A stretch of 64,000 nucleotides of DNA from a virus (taxonomy: Duplodnaviria > Heunggongvirae > Uroviricota > Caudoviricetes): the IMG/VR virus record IMGVR_UViG_3300028653_000011; one strand, written 5' to 3'. Numbering within the stretch: the stretch's first letter is position 1; the number at the start of each line of letters is the position of its first letter. Below are positions 46,053 through 54,816 of the stretch, one piece after another. A program made the position numbers and the translations under genes. Under the pieces are notes generated by a model that searched no databases, was not told the DNA's origin, and was given only the letters and a program-made list of their open reading frames with translations.

Positions 46053-46894
46053 TTGAACCCATATGCTGTTTCTTTTTCACCAGTCAAACACGCCTTAATT
46101 GTATCTTTATGGGCACCAATACCCAGCTCTTTTAGAGCTAACACAGCGTGTTTAATTGATGAAAAGGTGGCGACGATATTGCCATTTAATGATAATTGAT
46201 CAACTGCAATCCATGATGATTTCGTTTTCACTTTTGGAACATGAACGTCATCACCCGCCACTCTCCAATAAAAACCATGACTCAACATTACATGACCTAT
46301 TTTAACAGGAATCACTCGTTGGGTGGCTTTTGTTAATCCTTGTTCACTTAACCATATTTGTACTGCGCTTCGAGAATCGTGTAATTCTAAAAACTGTCCA
46401 TCAGTTGACCAACGTTCAATGCGTACTTTTTGTTGATTAGCACCTTGAGATCTATTTTGAATTTCTTCATCAGTGTACGGTGCTTTACGCCAACCAACGT
46501 GACTTCTATATTTATGTGCTTGACGAATTTTCTCATTTGTTTCAGGCGTTGGTTTCTTATGCGTTTGTGGCTTTCTCGTATAGAAGTCTTGTCCACCTAC
46601 AGTAAGATTGTAACCATATCCACCCATTCTGATGTTAGTATTTAATTTTGCGATCCAATAACGTTCACGATCATTGAGTTGTTCATCAGAACATTCTTCA
46701 ATGACTTCATATTTGAAATTTTCAAATCCATGTTTGATTAACGCACCCAAAATTGGTCTGCCCAATTTATTGTACTTTTTATGATGCGTTGCACCGTATT
46801 TGTAATTGCGCCAATGTATTTCTGGATCGACTTTTGATTGACCAACATACAGCTTATCATTGAGAATATTAAGAATCTTATAAATGTGACTCAT
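46031..46894 (-). CDS. GIY-YIG homing endonuclease
   Basis: IYKILNILNDKLYVGQS ... ERYWIAKLNT ... YN. The basic C-terminal half is a probable DNA-binding region. Confidence 0.85.
   Translation of the reverse strand: MSHIYKILNILNDKLYVGQSKVDPEIHWRNYKYGATHHKKYNKLGRPILGALIKHGFENFKYEVIEECSDEQLNDRERYWIAKLNTNIRMGGYGYNLTVGGQDFYTRKPQTHKKPTPETNEKIRQAHKYRSHVGWRKAPYTDEEIQNRSQGANQQKVRIERWSTDGQFLELHDSRSAVQIWLSEQGLTKATQRVIPVKIGHVMLSHGFYWRVAGDDVHVPKVKTKSSWIAVDQLSLNGNIVATFSSIKHAVLALKELGIGAHKDTIKACLTGEKETAYGFKWQCAQF
46031..46894 (-). mobile_element. free-standing homing-endonuclease gene in a low-GC island
   Basis: Marked drop in GC (~40% by eye) confined to this ORF, against ~60% flanks. Confidence 0.6.
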
Positions 46895-46911
46895 TCTACC
46901 TTTAATATACT

Positions 46912-47202
46912 CTAGTTGACGTCATACTTCGATGCAGGCCAAGCCACGTCCTTGGCGACATCGATGCCCCGTGACGAATTGTCGGCGTAGGTAGGATCGA
47001 AGATCAGCACCTTGAGTGACTTAGGTAGTTCGGGACGTGCACTCACCGCGTACGTCGCTGCGATGGCCACGGGAGGTAGTTGCGGTGGCGCTTCGGGCGA
47101 TGCATCCGCGAAATTACCGATGAATTGGGCCAACTTCGGAAAGTCAGCGAGGTACAACCAGACCTGAAGCTTGTCGATGATTCGTCTTAGCATGGAATCC
47201 AT
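46912..47202 (-). CDS. hypothetical protein
   Basis: 96-aa ORF. Confidence 0.4.
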   Translation of the reverse strand: MDSMLRRIIDKLQVWLYLADFPKLAQFIGNFADASPEAPPQLPPVAIAATYAVSARPELPKSLKVLIFDPTYADNSSRGIDVAKDVAWPASKYDVN

Positions 47203-47325
47203 TGTACTCTGGCACTGCCCACAGTATTATCTGACCATGAGTGATGCAGTCGTCTATGTTGGCCTACCCGTGTTGCTGGGGTTGGCGATCCTCATCGACA
47301 GGATCCGCGACGGCAAGAGGAAACG

Positions 47326-47580
47326 ATGAAACGACCCAAGACGATTGAGGAACGCACGGCACTGGCGTATACGTGGTGGGACTTGTCGAACGCGCTGTGG
47401 CTCGCCTTCGCGTGGACGGTATTGGTCGGCTTGTTGCTAGTCTGCGTGGCGTTCGGCGTGGGTCTGACATTGGGCGAACGTACCGGGCGCTACAACCAAC
47501 GGTGCCTCGCCGCCGGGGGTGAAGTGCTAGCCACTGGCGCCTGTGGTCACATCACCTATGTCAAGGTTGGCACGCCGTGA
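47326..47580 (+). CDS. small membrane protein
   Basis: TM WLAFAWTVLVGLLLVCVAFGVGL. 84 aa. Confidence 0.4.
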   Translation: MKRPKTIEERTALAYTWWDLSNALWLAFAWTVLVGLLLVCVAFGVGLTLGERTGRYNQRCLAAGGEVLATGACGHITYVKVGTP

Positions 47581-47807
47581 AGATGTCGGAGCTGCGCCGC
47601 CTCAAGGCCGAAGTCGATGAGGTCATCGTGCTTCGCGACAACCTGCAGGCAGTGCAGGCCCGTTGCACCGAACTGCTCAATGCCTACCGCACCATGCGCT
47701 ACGTACTCGAGGAGTGCGACAGGTGGTTCAGTTGCGGTACCGTCGGTCGGAGCGGTGCTATCCTGCATGACAAAGTCAAGCAAGCACTATCGGAGCCCAA
47801 TCGATGA
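47577..47807 (+). CDS. small hypothetical protein
   Basis: GTGA-coupled. 76 aa. Confidence 0.4.
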   Translation: MKMSELRRLKAEVDEVIVLRDNLQAVQARCTELLNAYRTMRYVLEECDRWFSCGTVGRSGAILHDKVKQALSEPNR

Positions 47808-47926
47808 TCGTCGTCATCGCCGCGATGCTGTCAGGCATTCCCCTCATCACCTTTTGCATCCTCATCGTGGTCGACATGATCGATCAGTGGCGCGCAAAGA
47901 AACAACGTGCGCGCAAGGCTAAGTGA
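47804..47926 (+). CDS. 40-aa TM micro-protein
   Basis: ATGA overlap. MIVVIAAMLSGIPLITFCILIVVDMIDQWRAKKQRARKAK. Confidence 0.3.
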   Translation: MIVVIAAMLSGIPLITFCILIVVDMIDQWRAKKQRARKAK

Positions 47927-48067
47927 GTGGGTCAAGGCGCTGGCGCTGCGCCTGAGGTGCAGCTTGGGCTGGCACGACTACGAACTGTTATTCGATCTCG
48001 ACACCGACAGTGATGATGCTTTCGGTGAACTGTGGCACTGCAAACACTGTGAAAAGGAAGCACCAAC

Positions 48068-48313
48068 GTGGCCATTATGAAGACGCTGTGGCACTGGTTT
48101 CACCCCGTCAATCGAGCGCCGGTCGCGCTGTTCGCGGGTGGTGAAGTATTCACCAACTTCGTGGCGATCGGCGCCTACACCAAGCACCCGTGGTTGACAG
48201 GCACCTGCCTCGTCGGTGCAGTGCTGTGCCTAGGCGCCTGCGTAATGATGTGCATCAAGGCAATGAAGGCACTGTACTCACAACCCTACGTCGAAGAACT
48301 GGAGACGCCGTGA
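48068..48313 (+). CDS. small membrane protein (holin-like size and topology)
   Basis: Two TM segments. 81 aa. Confidence 0.4.
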   Translation: MAIMKTLWHWFHPVNRAPVALFAGGEVFTNFVAIGAYTKHPWLTGTCLVGAVLCLGACVMMCIKAMKALYSQPYVEELETP

Positions 48314-48414
48314 AAGTCATCGTTGTGCTGGCCATTCTGGTCGCCCTATTCTTTGCCTTCGTCTACCGTGAGGAGAAGCCCAAGCCCAAGACGATGCGCG
48401 ATCGCTTAGATTAA
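48310..48414 (+). CDS. 34-aa TM peptide
   Basis: GTGA overlap. (M)KVIVVLAILVALFFAFVYREEKPKPK... Confidence 0.25.
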   Translation: MKVIVVLAILVALFFAFVYREEKPKPKTMRDRLD

Positions 48415-48415
48415 C

Positions 48416-48628
48416 GTGAGCGTCCACTATGCTCACGTCGATGCCCGCGACATCAGGCCAGGGGACCTGCTGTTCGACCTGCAGGCACAACACCTACCAA
48501 GCATCGGTAGTATGCTGACGACGCGCGTTGCACAGTGCCTGTTGCTGGTGATTGGCAACCTGGAGTTAGAGGCACCAGACGTTCGCAAGGGTGCTACTTC
48601 TTGGTCGTCAACAATAGCGGGCAGGTGA
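48416..48628 (+). CDS. PGD-family small protein
   Basis: IRPGDLLFDLQAQH ... CLLLVIGNLE. Confidence 0.4.
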   Translation: MSVHYAHVDARDIRPGDLLFDLQAQHLPSIGSMLTTRVAQCLLLVIGNLELEAPDVRKGATSWSSTIAGR

Positions 48629-48745
48629 CCGAGAGGTTCTGCTATTTTGGCTCGGGCAATGACGTGGTGAGAGTTGATGATCGATGATCTCAATAATCGT
48701 CGATGATTTTCTGATTGCGTACACTACTTACTAGTGGAGTAAGCA

Positions 48746-48922
48746 ATGAAAACATCGATTGTATTCGCAGCATTGGGCATCATCTTTCTAGCATCGGCGT
48801 GTGACGTAGGTCTTAGGACGCGGCCCGTTCACGTTGAGGGACAAGTTGAGGTCAGACACGACCGTGACAACCATGACCACGGTGACCACGATCGCGGTGA
48901 CCACCACGACGATCACCGCTAA
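48746..48922 (+). CDS. 58-aa His/Asp-rich lipoprotein (putative metal binding)
   Basis: GGAG 8 nt upstream. Signal plus lipobox (FLASAC). C-terminus HDRDNHDHGDHDRGDHHDDHR. Confidence 0.35.
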   Translation: MKTSIVFAALGIIFLASACDVGLRTRPVHVEGQVEVRHDRDNHDHGDHDRGDHHDDHR

Positions 48923-48937
48923 GACATCAGAAAGTAC

Positions 48938-48988
48938 ACGCAACGTGCCTAATTATTGACCATGAGGGTCAGGTTAGGCACGTTGCGT
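48938..48988. other. perfect 15-bp inverted repeat (hairpin) enclosing the start codon of the 48962 gene
   Basis: ACGCAACGTGCCTAA - 21-nt loop containing ATG 48962 - TTAGGCACGTTGCGT. Confidence 0.7.
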
Positions 48989-49276
48989 CGTTACTTGCAC
49001 GAGGCGTTGTTGGCCGAAGTCTGGCCCGGGCAACCTTATGGCCGCAACACGTTAAGTCCTGACATCAATAACCGTGAGCAAATTGGTGCGCTCACCGCAA
49101 AAGCTCTCGACACAGTTGACGACCCAGATGGTTTACCCGATCACCTGAAGGAGCCCCTCGTTTCCCGAGAGGACTGTGAAGGGCCAGTGCCGCCCACCGC
49201 CGAGCCCGTGACAATCCACAGTGATCCATTTGCGAGGGACTTCTCGCCGGCACCGACAGCTGGCATCAATCGCTAA
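48962..49276 (+). CDS. leader-family protein
   Basis: MRVRLGTLRRYLHEALLAEV (alternative TTG start at 48956). Confidence 0.5.
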   Translation: MRVRLGTLRRYLHEALLAEVWPGQPYGRNTLSPDINNREQIGALTAKALDTVDDPDGLPDHLKEPLVSREDCEGPVPPTAEPVTIHSDPFARDFSPAPTAGINR

Positions 49277-49609
49277 TCACTTCGCCAACTTGTCGAACAA
49301 CGGCAAGTCACCATTCTTGGTGATGCACTTGTCCTCATAGGGTGCCCACACCCGCCTGTACAACTCCGTCGCCACGTTGGTCAACACGCCCGACACTGTG
49401 GCCACGACGTGGTACCTGACCACACCGAACCTCACGTTGATGACCTGCATCACGAGCCTCGTGATGGTGTAATTGAGCACCCCCGCGAAGTCAGCGCTGT
49501 CGAACGGAGGACCGTCAGCGCCGGCGACCTCCACTACTACACCCGCTAGGTTGTCGATCAACGCGTCAAGTGGTGCTCGCTGTTCCTGCTTGATGTAGGG
49601 CATGACCAA
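49277..49609 (-). CDS. hypothetical protein
   Basis: 110-aa ORF, convergent with upstream gene. Confidence 0.4.
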   Translation of the reverse strand: MVMPYIKQEQRAPLDALIDNLAGVVVEVAGADGPPFDSADFAGVLNYTITRLVMQVINVRFGVVRYHVVATVSGVLTNVATELYRRVWAPYEDKCITKNGDLPLFDKLAK

Positions 49610-49633
49610 TCATCACCCACGTGCACACGGTGT

Positions 49634-49900
49634 TCACTCGGTGACGATCCGCCTGATCCAACCCAACGAACCCGTGTGCCAGATCACCGTGGGCCCGGGT
49701 CCCAGCAACTGATACATGTACCAGCCACCCACCGTTGCCATCTTATAGTCACGCGCCAACAGCAACCACGGTACCGCCCGATCGATGCCGGCGTTCGGAT
49801 CTATGGAGAAGATGGTCCACCCATCGCCGTTCGGATTGGCGATAAAGAAGAAGAATGTCCCAACCTCGATGTTAGCGGGGGAAAATTCACGATCACGCAT
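49634..49900 (-). CDS. hypothetical protein
   Basis: 88-aa ORF with C-terminal GSLGWIRRIV. Confidence 0.4.
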   Translation of the reverse strand: MRDREFSPANIEVGTFFFFIANPNGDGWTIFSIDPNAGIDRAVPWLLLARDYKMATVGGWYMYQLLGPGPTVIWHTGSLGWIRRIVTE

Positions 49901-50120
49901 TGAATGCCATCATTGTTGACTTGCACTCATAGTCGGTGTAGTGACGTAGTTTACACTCGTCAGTGAAGACCGTGACGGTAGCCTTTGCGAGGTTGCCCAC
50001 AGATCTGTCAGTGAACGGCTCAACACCGATGACCAGCGCGGTGATCCACTCGATGTTGGAGGCAGAGCTCTGCAAGCTCTGCAACATGTCGCCCGGTTTC
50101 AGGTTCTTTGCCGACCTCAC
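49893..50120 (-). CDS. PGD-family small protein
   Basis: LKPGDMLQSLQSS ... ALVIGVEP. Confidence 0.4.
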   Translation of the reverse strand: MRSAKNLKPGDMLQSLQSSASNIEWITALVIGVEPFTDRSVGNLAKATVTVFTDECKLRHYTDYECKSTMMAFNA

Positions 50121-50329
50121 TTGACAACCTCACACCATGTGCCGATATAGGCGTAACTATATGCCTCAACCTTGCCATTGTCAACCACAATGGTCACCCT
50201 ATCATCAAAACTATTGACGTCAGGGTCATCGGGCACCGCAATGACGAAGGCGAAGTGCCATGGCACCAAGTCGCCTTTACCACGGTAGTGTATCCGACGC
50301 AGGAGATTACCTGGCACGGGCAGCATCAT
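50117..50329 (-). CDS. PGD-family small protein
   Basis: PVPGNLLRRIHYRG ... AFVIAVPDD. Confidence 0.4.
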   Translation of the reverse strand: MMLPVPGNLLRRIHYRGKGDLVPWHFAFVIAVPDDPDVNSFDDRVTIVVDNGKVEAYSYAYIGTWCEVVK

Positions 50330-50652
50330 GCATGCCTGTCATTGATGACACGTAATTCACAGTCGCTCGACGACACCCAAATTGGTCGGCCCTTCCACAG
50401 GACGAGGTGTGCAGTGATAGCTCCGAGGTTGAACTTGATCTTCGGGGGCGCCAACTGCTGGCTGGCGATGTAGAGGCAATAGGTACCCGCGGGGATGACT
50501 CCCACCATGATGGCATCTACCTCAGTTCTTGTCTTCGCGCGATCGAACAACTCTGGCACACGCTTGGCTTTGATCGAGAACGAATCACGGAGTTGCCAGA
50601 GCTGTACTAGGTTGCCCGTCTTGAGATCGGTCACTGTCCGACTCCGCACCAC
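50326..50652 (-). CDS. PGD-family small protein
   Basis: LKTGNLVQLWQL ... AIMVGVIPAG ... LVLWKGRPIWV. Confidence 0.4.
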   Translation of the reverse strand: MVRSRTVTDLKTGNLVQLWQLRDSFSIKAKRVPELFDRAKTRTEVDAIMVGVIPAGTYCLYIASQQLAPPKIKFNLGAITAHLVLWKGRPIWVSSSDCELRVINDRHA

Positions 50653-50980
50653 ACTCGCGAGCGTATTGCCTGATGAAGTCGTCCAAGTGCAGGCGTATGG
50701 TGCAGAGATCTAATAGTGTCAGTCGGCGCAAACCACGGGTGCCTAGTACGACAAATGAGTCGATGCTGTCGCCTACGGGACTGGTCACGTCGAACGCCGC
50801 ACGGAAAGCGTAGCGATGGTTGGCATAGCTCGTTGATTCGAGAGCATCCTTCTTGACGACCTGATAGATGACGTGGTTCTTTAATTGCGACAACTTGTCG
50901 TCGACCGTGTAGACGCAGAGATCTCCTAGTTGTAGTTCGCACGATTCAAGCGTCCCCTTTAGCGATCCCGGTGCTGCCAT
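50585..50980 (-). CDS. PGD-family-like protein (boundaries uncertain)
   Basis: LQLGDLCVYTVDD. Overlaps the downstream gene by 68 nt in another frame. Confidence 0.3.
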   Translation of the reverse strand: MAAPGSLKGTLESCELQLGDLCVYTVDDKLSQLKNHVIYQVVKKDALESTSYANHRYAFRAAFDVTSPVGDSIDSFVVLGTRGLRRLTLLDLCTIRLHLDDFIRQYARECGAESDSDRSQDGQPSTALATP

Positions 50981-51005
50981 CCTCAGATCTTACACCACGC
51001 TCAGG

Positions 51006-51353
51006 TCACCGCGTGTAAGGGTGTGTAAGGGTGTGTAAGGGTGTGTAAGGGTGTGTAAGGCCGAGGAAGTCTGCGGGCACTTGAAGCGCCGCGGCGAGCT
51101 TGCGTCTAAACACGTTCACATCATCATCGTCGAACAGCATGGGCATGCGTGACCACAGCACCTTCACCTGCTCGACACCATCGTCGTCATTGACCACGGC
51201 ACTGACCACGACACCCAAGGAAGTATGGCGAAAGCTAACGTCACAGACGAGGTCACCGGGACGGGGTTGCCACGCCAGCCGCTCGAACTCGTTTACCTGT
51301 TGTCGACGATCGACGTGAACTATCAACGTCGTCCACGTGGTTGCCAGCTTCAC
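51006..51353 (-). CDS. PGD-family small protein with C-terminal LTHPYTP repeats
   Basis: PRPGDLVCDVSF ... GVVVSAVV ... VKVLWSRMP. Its 3' end is encoded by the 10-bp tandem repeat. Confidence 0.45.
   Translation of the reverse strand: MKLATTWTTLIVHVDRRQQVNEFERLAWQPRPGDLVCDVSFRHTSLGVVVSAVVNDDDGVEQVKVLWSRMPMLFDDDDVNVFRRKLAAALQVPADFLGLTHPYTPLHTLTHPYTR
51010..51060. repeat. tandem repeat, 10-bp unit GTGTAAGGGT, about 5 copies
   Basis: gtgtaagggtgtgtaagggtgtgtaagggtgtgtaagggtgtgtaagg. The unit contains the GTGTAAG -35-like heptamer. Confidence 0.85.
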
Positions 51354-51362
51354 TGCATCACC

Positions 51363-51782
51363 CTATACCACGTCACACACAAGTTCAGCGCACTCCAACT
51401 CACCGTCATTGATCCAGAACAGCTTGCCCTGTCTCAGGCAGACGTGCCACCGCTTAGGGACGCGCCCGCATCCGTCGTCGCCCGCAATGGGCATGAACTG
51501 TGGCACGGGCACTTCATGTGGACCCACGTCATCGGTGCTGACGATGACAAAGGTGTCGCCCGTCGTCATCGACAAGGTGGTGTATTTGTATGAGAAGCCT
51601 CGCTCGACCAGGCGAAAGGGCCACCAACCGCGCGCGACGCCGCAGGTGAATGTCCACATCCACAATTGACAGGGCTTTACGACCACAACACCCAGACATA
51701 ATACGACGGGTATCGTGCGCGGGAAGGTGGGCGCCCAATGACGAGGCCCAAGCGCCTTGGGATCAACTCCGTGGATCGACAC
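51363..51782 (-). CDS. PGD-family-like protein (true start possibly the internal Met at 51569)
   Basis: MTTGDTFVIVSTDD ... WHVCLRQGKLFWINDGEL. Confidence 0.3.
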   Translation of the reverse strand: MSIHGVDPKALGPRHWAPTFPRTIPVVLCLGVVVVKPCQLWMWTFTCGVARGWWPFRLVERGFSYKYTTLSMTTGDTFVIVSTDDVGPHEVPVPQFMPIAGDDGCGRVPKRWHVCLRQGKLFWINDGELECAELVCDVV

Positions 51783-51864
51783 ACCAGCGCGCCGGGTGCG
51801 ATGTCACGAGCCCCTTGAAGCGCGGCGCACTTCGGCTCATGCGCCACAATCAACGCAAACTGGT

Positions 51865-52623
51865 TCACCTCTTCGAGCACGTCAGCACCTCACAGCCGTC
51901 GTCGGTGATCAACACCGTGTGCTCAAACTGTGCACTCCAACCCTTGTCGTAAGTCCGCACTGTCCAGCCGTCGGCCTCCACGTAGACGTCACGCGCTCCC
52001 AAGCACAGGATGGGTTCGATGGTGAAGACATCACCCACCTTCAGCACCGTCTGGTCGCCGCAGGCCCAGTGATTGACGTGTGGCTTGGTGTGGAACAGGG
52101 TGCCGATGCCGTGACCACCGAACTCACGCACCACGGTGCAGCCCCCTGCCCTTGCCAGTGGTTCAATCGCTTGGCCAATCGCACCCAACCTCACCCCGGG
52201 CCCGACAATGCCCACCGCCGTTTCCAACGCCAGCCGGGTCAGTTCCACCAATCGCCGTGCGTCGGGTGACGGGGTGCCCACGTAGAAGGTGGCGCTGCAA
52301 TCGCCGAAGTGGCCGTCAAGGATCGTCGTCACGTCGATGTTGATGATGTCGCCGTCGCATAGGACGAGTGCACCTGGGATGCCGTGACAGACGACGTCAT
52401 TGACGCTGGTGCAGACGCTGCGCGGGAAGCCGTGGTAGTTGAGCGGTGCCGGGATGCCGCCCCGCGCGACGGTGTGATCGTGGACAAAGTCGTTGAGGGC
52501 GGCCGTCGTCGAGCCCGGGCGAACGATGGCACCCGCCGCCTGCAGCGTGTCCGCCGCCGAGGCACATGCCTTACGCATCTTGCTTAGGTCGAAGGACTGC
52601 ACCTCTCTAACATATTCAATCAC
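51865..52623 (-). CDS. map: methionine aminopeptidase, type I
   Basis: Collinear with bacterial MAP. Metal ligands in DGDIINIDV, GHGIG, EP context. 252 aa. Confidence 0.9.
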   Translation of the reverse strand: MIEYVREVQSFDLSKMRKACASAADTLQAAGAIVRPGSTTAALNDFVHDHTVARGGIPAPLNYHGFPRSVCTSVNDVVCHGIPGALVLCDGDIINIDVTTILDGHFGDCSATFYVGTPSPDARRLVELTRLALETAVGIVGPGVRLGAIGQAIEPLARAGGCTVVREFGGHGIGTLFHTKPHVNHWACGDQTVLKVGDVFTIEPILCLGARDVYVEADGWTVRTYDKGWSAQFEHTVLITDDGCEVLTCSKR

Positions 52624-52629
52624 CGCGCA

Positions 52630-52929
52630 CTATACATCATCATCCTGTACCTGAGCAAACCGCGGTGATGAGATGACATTGGTGTATTCGGTCCGAACCC
52701 AACCCCATTTCACCTGAGCACCATGGGTGCCGATGATCCAGACCAACACCCAGTCCAAGTGCCGGTTGATGCCGATTACAAGAGCGCTGGTGCCGCCCGG
52801 CGCTCCGCCAATGTGAGCGCGCACGGCGGGCTTGGTATAAAGCAACGCGTAGCCATTGAACACGACGACATCACCAGGTAGCGCCCGTCGCCCGTGAAAA
52901 TGTAGACGGAGGCGCTTGGTGAACGTCAC
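52630..52929 (-). CDS. PGD-family small protein (array 1, member 1)
   Basis: ALPGDVVVFNGY ... ALVIGINR ... WVLVWIIG ... WGWV. Confidence 0.5.
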   Translation of the reverse strand: MTFTKRLRLHFHGRRALPGDVVVFNGYALLYTKPAVRAHIGGAPGGTSALVIGINRHLDWVLVWIIGTHGAQVKWGWVRTEYTNVISSPRFAQVQDDDV

Positions 52930-53159
52930 GTCGGCACCAATATGATGCCGCGTTCAACGATCCAACCCAGCGTATTGCCCCACAACGCGTAGACAAAACC
53001 GTCTCGGTGAGCGATGACGACGCCCATGACGCTTGGCTCAACGTGGCCCACACAGTCGTTAACGCCCACATCGACCGACGCCCACACGGCCACCTTGAGA
53101 GAGGTCCAACGTGCGTCGAGTTGCACGAAGTCGCCGGGTAACCATTCGTGATCTATCAT
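52926..53159 (-). CDS. PGD-family small protein (array 1, member 2)
   Basis: WLPGDFVQLD ... GVVIAHRDG ... YALWGNTLGWIV. ATGA-coupled. Confidence 0.5.
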   Translation of the reverse strand: MIDHEWLPGDFVQLDARWTSLKVAVWASVDVGVNDCVGHVEPSVMGVVIAHRDGFVYALWGNTLGWIVERGIILVPT

Positions 53160-53395
53160 ACGGGCGCCACGACGGTGTTGTCAACCCATGCCATGATGGC
53201 CAACTCCGACCAAAAGACACAGACGAGGAACTGGTCACATTGGCCGATGACGAGGCCCAACGCCCCCGCGGTGGGACGACCTACACGATCGTGATTGGTG
53301 ACATCGTTGGAGGCCCACAGTGAAAAGATGTTGTTGCGTGGCAATGGCACCACCTTGACAAGGACACCGGGTAGTAACAGTGACCCGTTGTTCAC
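53156..53395 (-). CDS. PGD-family small protein (array 1, member 3)
   Basis: LLPGVLVKVV ... GLVIGQCD ... VFWSELAIMAWV. Confidence 0.5.
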   Translation of the reverse strand: MNNGSLLLPGVLVKVVPLPRNNIFSLWASNDVTNHDRVGRPTAGALGLVIGQCDQFLVCVFWSELAIMAWVDNTVVAPV

Positions 53396-53658
53396 GGCAA
53401 GAACCTCAACTCATCATTGAACAGCCAACCCACCTGGTCATCAACGAGGCACAGCGAATAGCATGTGCCCTTATTTTTCGGTGACTCTATGGCAATGACC
53501 AGCGCTACCATGTGATTTTTAGCCGCGATGCCCCGACCGTTCCACCATGCTTGGCGTTCATCGAGGTTCTCATAGAGCGCAGCACCCGGTCGCACGCCAT
53601 ATAACTTCCCCGGCCTTGTGGTGAGGCGTGAGTAATGTGACCTAGTCATCTTCACCAT
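53392..53658 (-). CDS. PGD-family small protein (array 1, member 4)
   Basis: RPGAALYENL ... ALVIAIES ... CLVDDQVGWLF. Confidence 0.45.
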   Translation of the reverse strand: MVKMTRSHYSRLTTRPGKLYGVRPGAALYENLDERQAWWNGRGIAAKNHMVALVIAIESPKNKGTCYSLCLVDDQVGWLFNDELRFLP

Positions 53659-53662
53659 TGCA

Positions 53663-53908
53663 TCACACCTTACGCAGGTAGCCGTCCGACACGTAGCCCA
53701 ACACCGACGGCATTGACCACAACACGTAGGTGTAGTCCCGCCGACGATTGATGACGAGGCCTAGGCCACCCGGCATCACCACGCCTAGGCGACTGCGCAC
53801 GACGAGGAGCTCGCCGGCGCTAACGGAGCTCCATACCGAAACGGGCTCATCACCGCGAACCAACACGATGTCACCGGGTGCGGGTGGCCTGTCGATGTAA
53901 CTCATCAC
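53663..53908 (-). CDS. PGD-family small protein (array 1, member 5)
   Basis: PAPGDIVLVRGD ... GLVINRRRD ... YVLWSMPSVLGYV. Confidence 0.5.
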   Translation of the reverse strand: MMSYIDRPPAPGDIVLVRGDEPVSVWSSVSAGELLVVRSRLGVVMPGGLGLVINRRRDYTYVLWSMPSVLGYVSDGYLRKV

Positions 53909-53936
53909 GAAGTGCTTTCGGACTGAGTGTAGCTCA

Positions 53937-54248
53937 TTACTTGACCCTCACCAAGAACTTGACCAGCGTCCAGCCCTTTTTCATTGATGCACTGTCAAAG
54001 ACAAACGCCCATGCAACGTCTTTTTCATGTCGCCCGTCGACATCGGTGATGGTTCGCTCTGCCAACAATAATCCGAACTTGAATGTCCCGGTCGCTGACA
54101 CCATGCGAGGTACAAACACCGACGGCAATGGTTGATCCCACGTACCATGACCACCCACGTGTACGCTCCTCACCAGGTCACCCGTACGTAGTAACTTGCG
54201 GCCCATCAGTGCCTTCCGACGACGCGAAGGGCCGAGCCCCAGACCCAT
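53937..54248 (-). CDS. PGD-family small protein (array 1, member 6; possible internal start at 54206)
   Basis: LRTGDLVRSVHVGG ... FGLLLAER ... WAFVFDSASMKKGWTLV. Confidence 0.45.
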   Translation of the reverse strand: MGLGLGPSRRRKALMGRKLLRTGDLVRSVHVGGHGTWDQPLPSVFVPRMVSATGTFKFGLLLAERTITDVDGRHEKDVAWAFVFDSASMKKGWTLVKFLVRVK

Positions 54249-54544
54249 TTAATCCGCGGCTTACTGGTGTTCACTAGCACCAAGGTGGGATGCGAGGTGT
54301 AATCGGAATAAAGGCTCGGTACGGCGATCACCGCGAGGACGAGGGCATGCTTCTCGACGAACATTAAGGCACCTTCAATAAGCCCCGTCAAGAGGGCACG
54401 CGCTGGCACTTCCGTACCAAACACCGTGACTTGTCGACCCGGGATGGGATTCAGCCTCACATCGTCCCACAGCGCCACGGGGTGTTTACACGCGACGATG
54501 TCACCGGGCCTAATGTCGATCACGTGTTTGATGACATCGATCAC
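54206..54544 (-). CDS. PGD-family small protein (array 1, member 7)
   Basis: IRPGDIVACKHP ... LVLAVIAV ... IKWVWGSAL. Confidence 0.5.
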   Translation of the reverse strand: MIDVIKHVIDIRPGDIVACKHPVALWDDVRLNPIPGRQVTVFGTEVPARALLTGLIEGALMFVEKHALVLAVIAVPSLYSDYTSHPTLVLVNTSKPRIKWVWGSALRVVGRH

Positions 54545-54816
54545 GGCGCGGCCTCGATGCTCTCGAGCAGCACCCAGCCCAGCTTGCCGTCGTCATACAA
54601 CACGTAGACGACGGTGTCACCACCCTTCTTGTGCATGGTGATGACCAGCGCCTTGGCATTGAGGCGACCCTGCAACCCACCGGCGAACAGGTTGCTGTCG
54701 TCACCACCGTTGATGTGACTAAAGATGATGCGCGGCATGTAGGGCACGGGCACCACCAGGTCGCCGGGCTTGATGCAGGCATCAGGCGACCATTGGTCAG
54801 CTTTGGCGTCGATCAT
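54541..54816 (-). CDS. PGD-family small protein (array 1, member 8)
   Basis: IKPGDLVVPVPY ... ALVITMHKK ... YVLYDDGKLGWVL. Confidence 0.5.
   Translation of the reverse strand: MIDAKADQWSPDACIKPGDLVVPVPYMPRIIFSHINGGDDSNLFAGGLQGRLNAKALVITMHKKGGDTVVYVLYDDGKLGWVLLESIEAAP

Noticed and set aside
51010-51060. Possible CRISPR array
   Set aside because: It is a 10-bp perfect tandem repeat with no spacers, lying inside a coding region. It is not a repeat-spacer architecture, and no other CRISPR-like repeats are present in the window.
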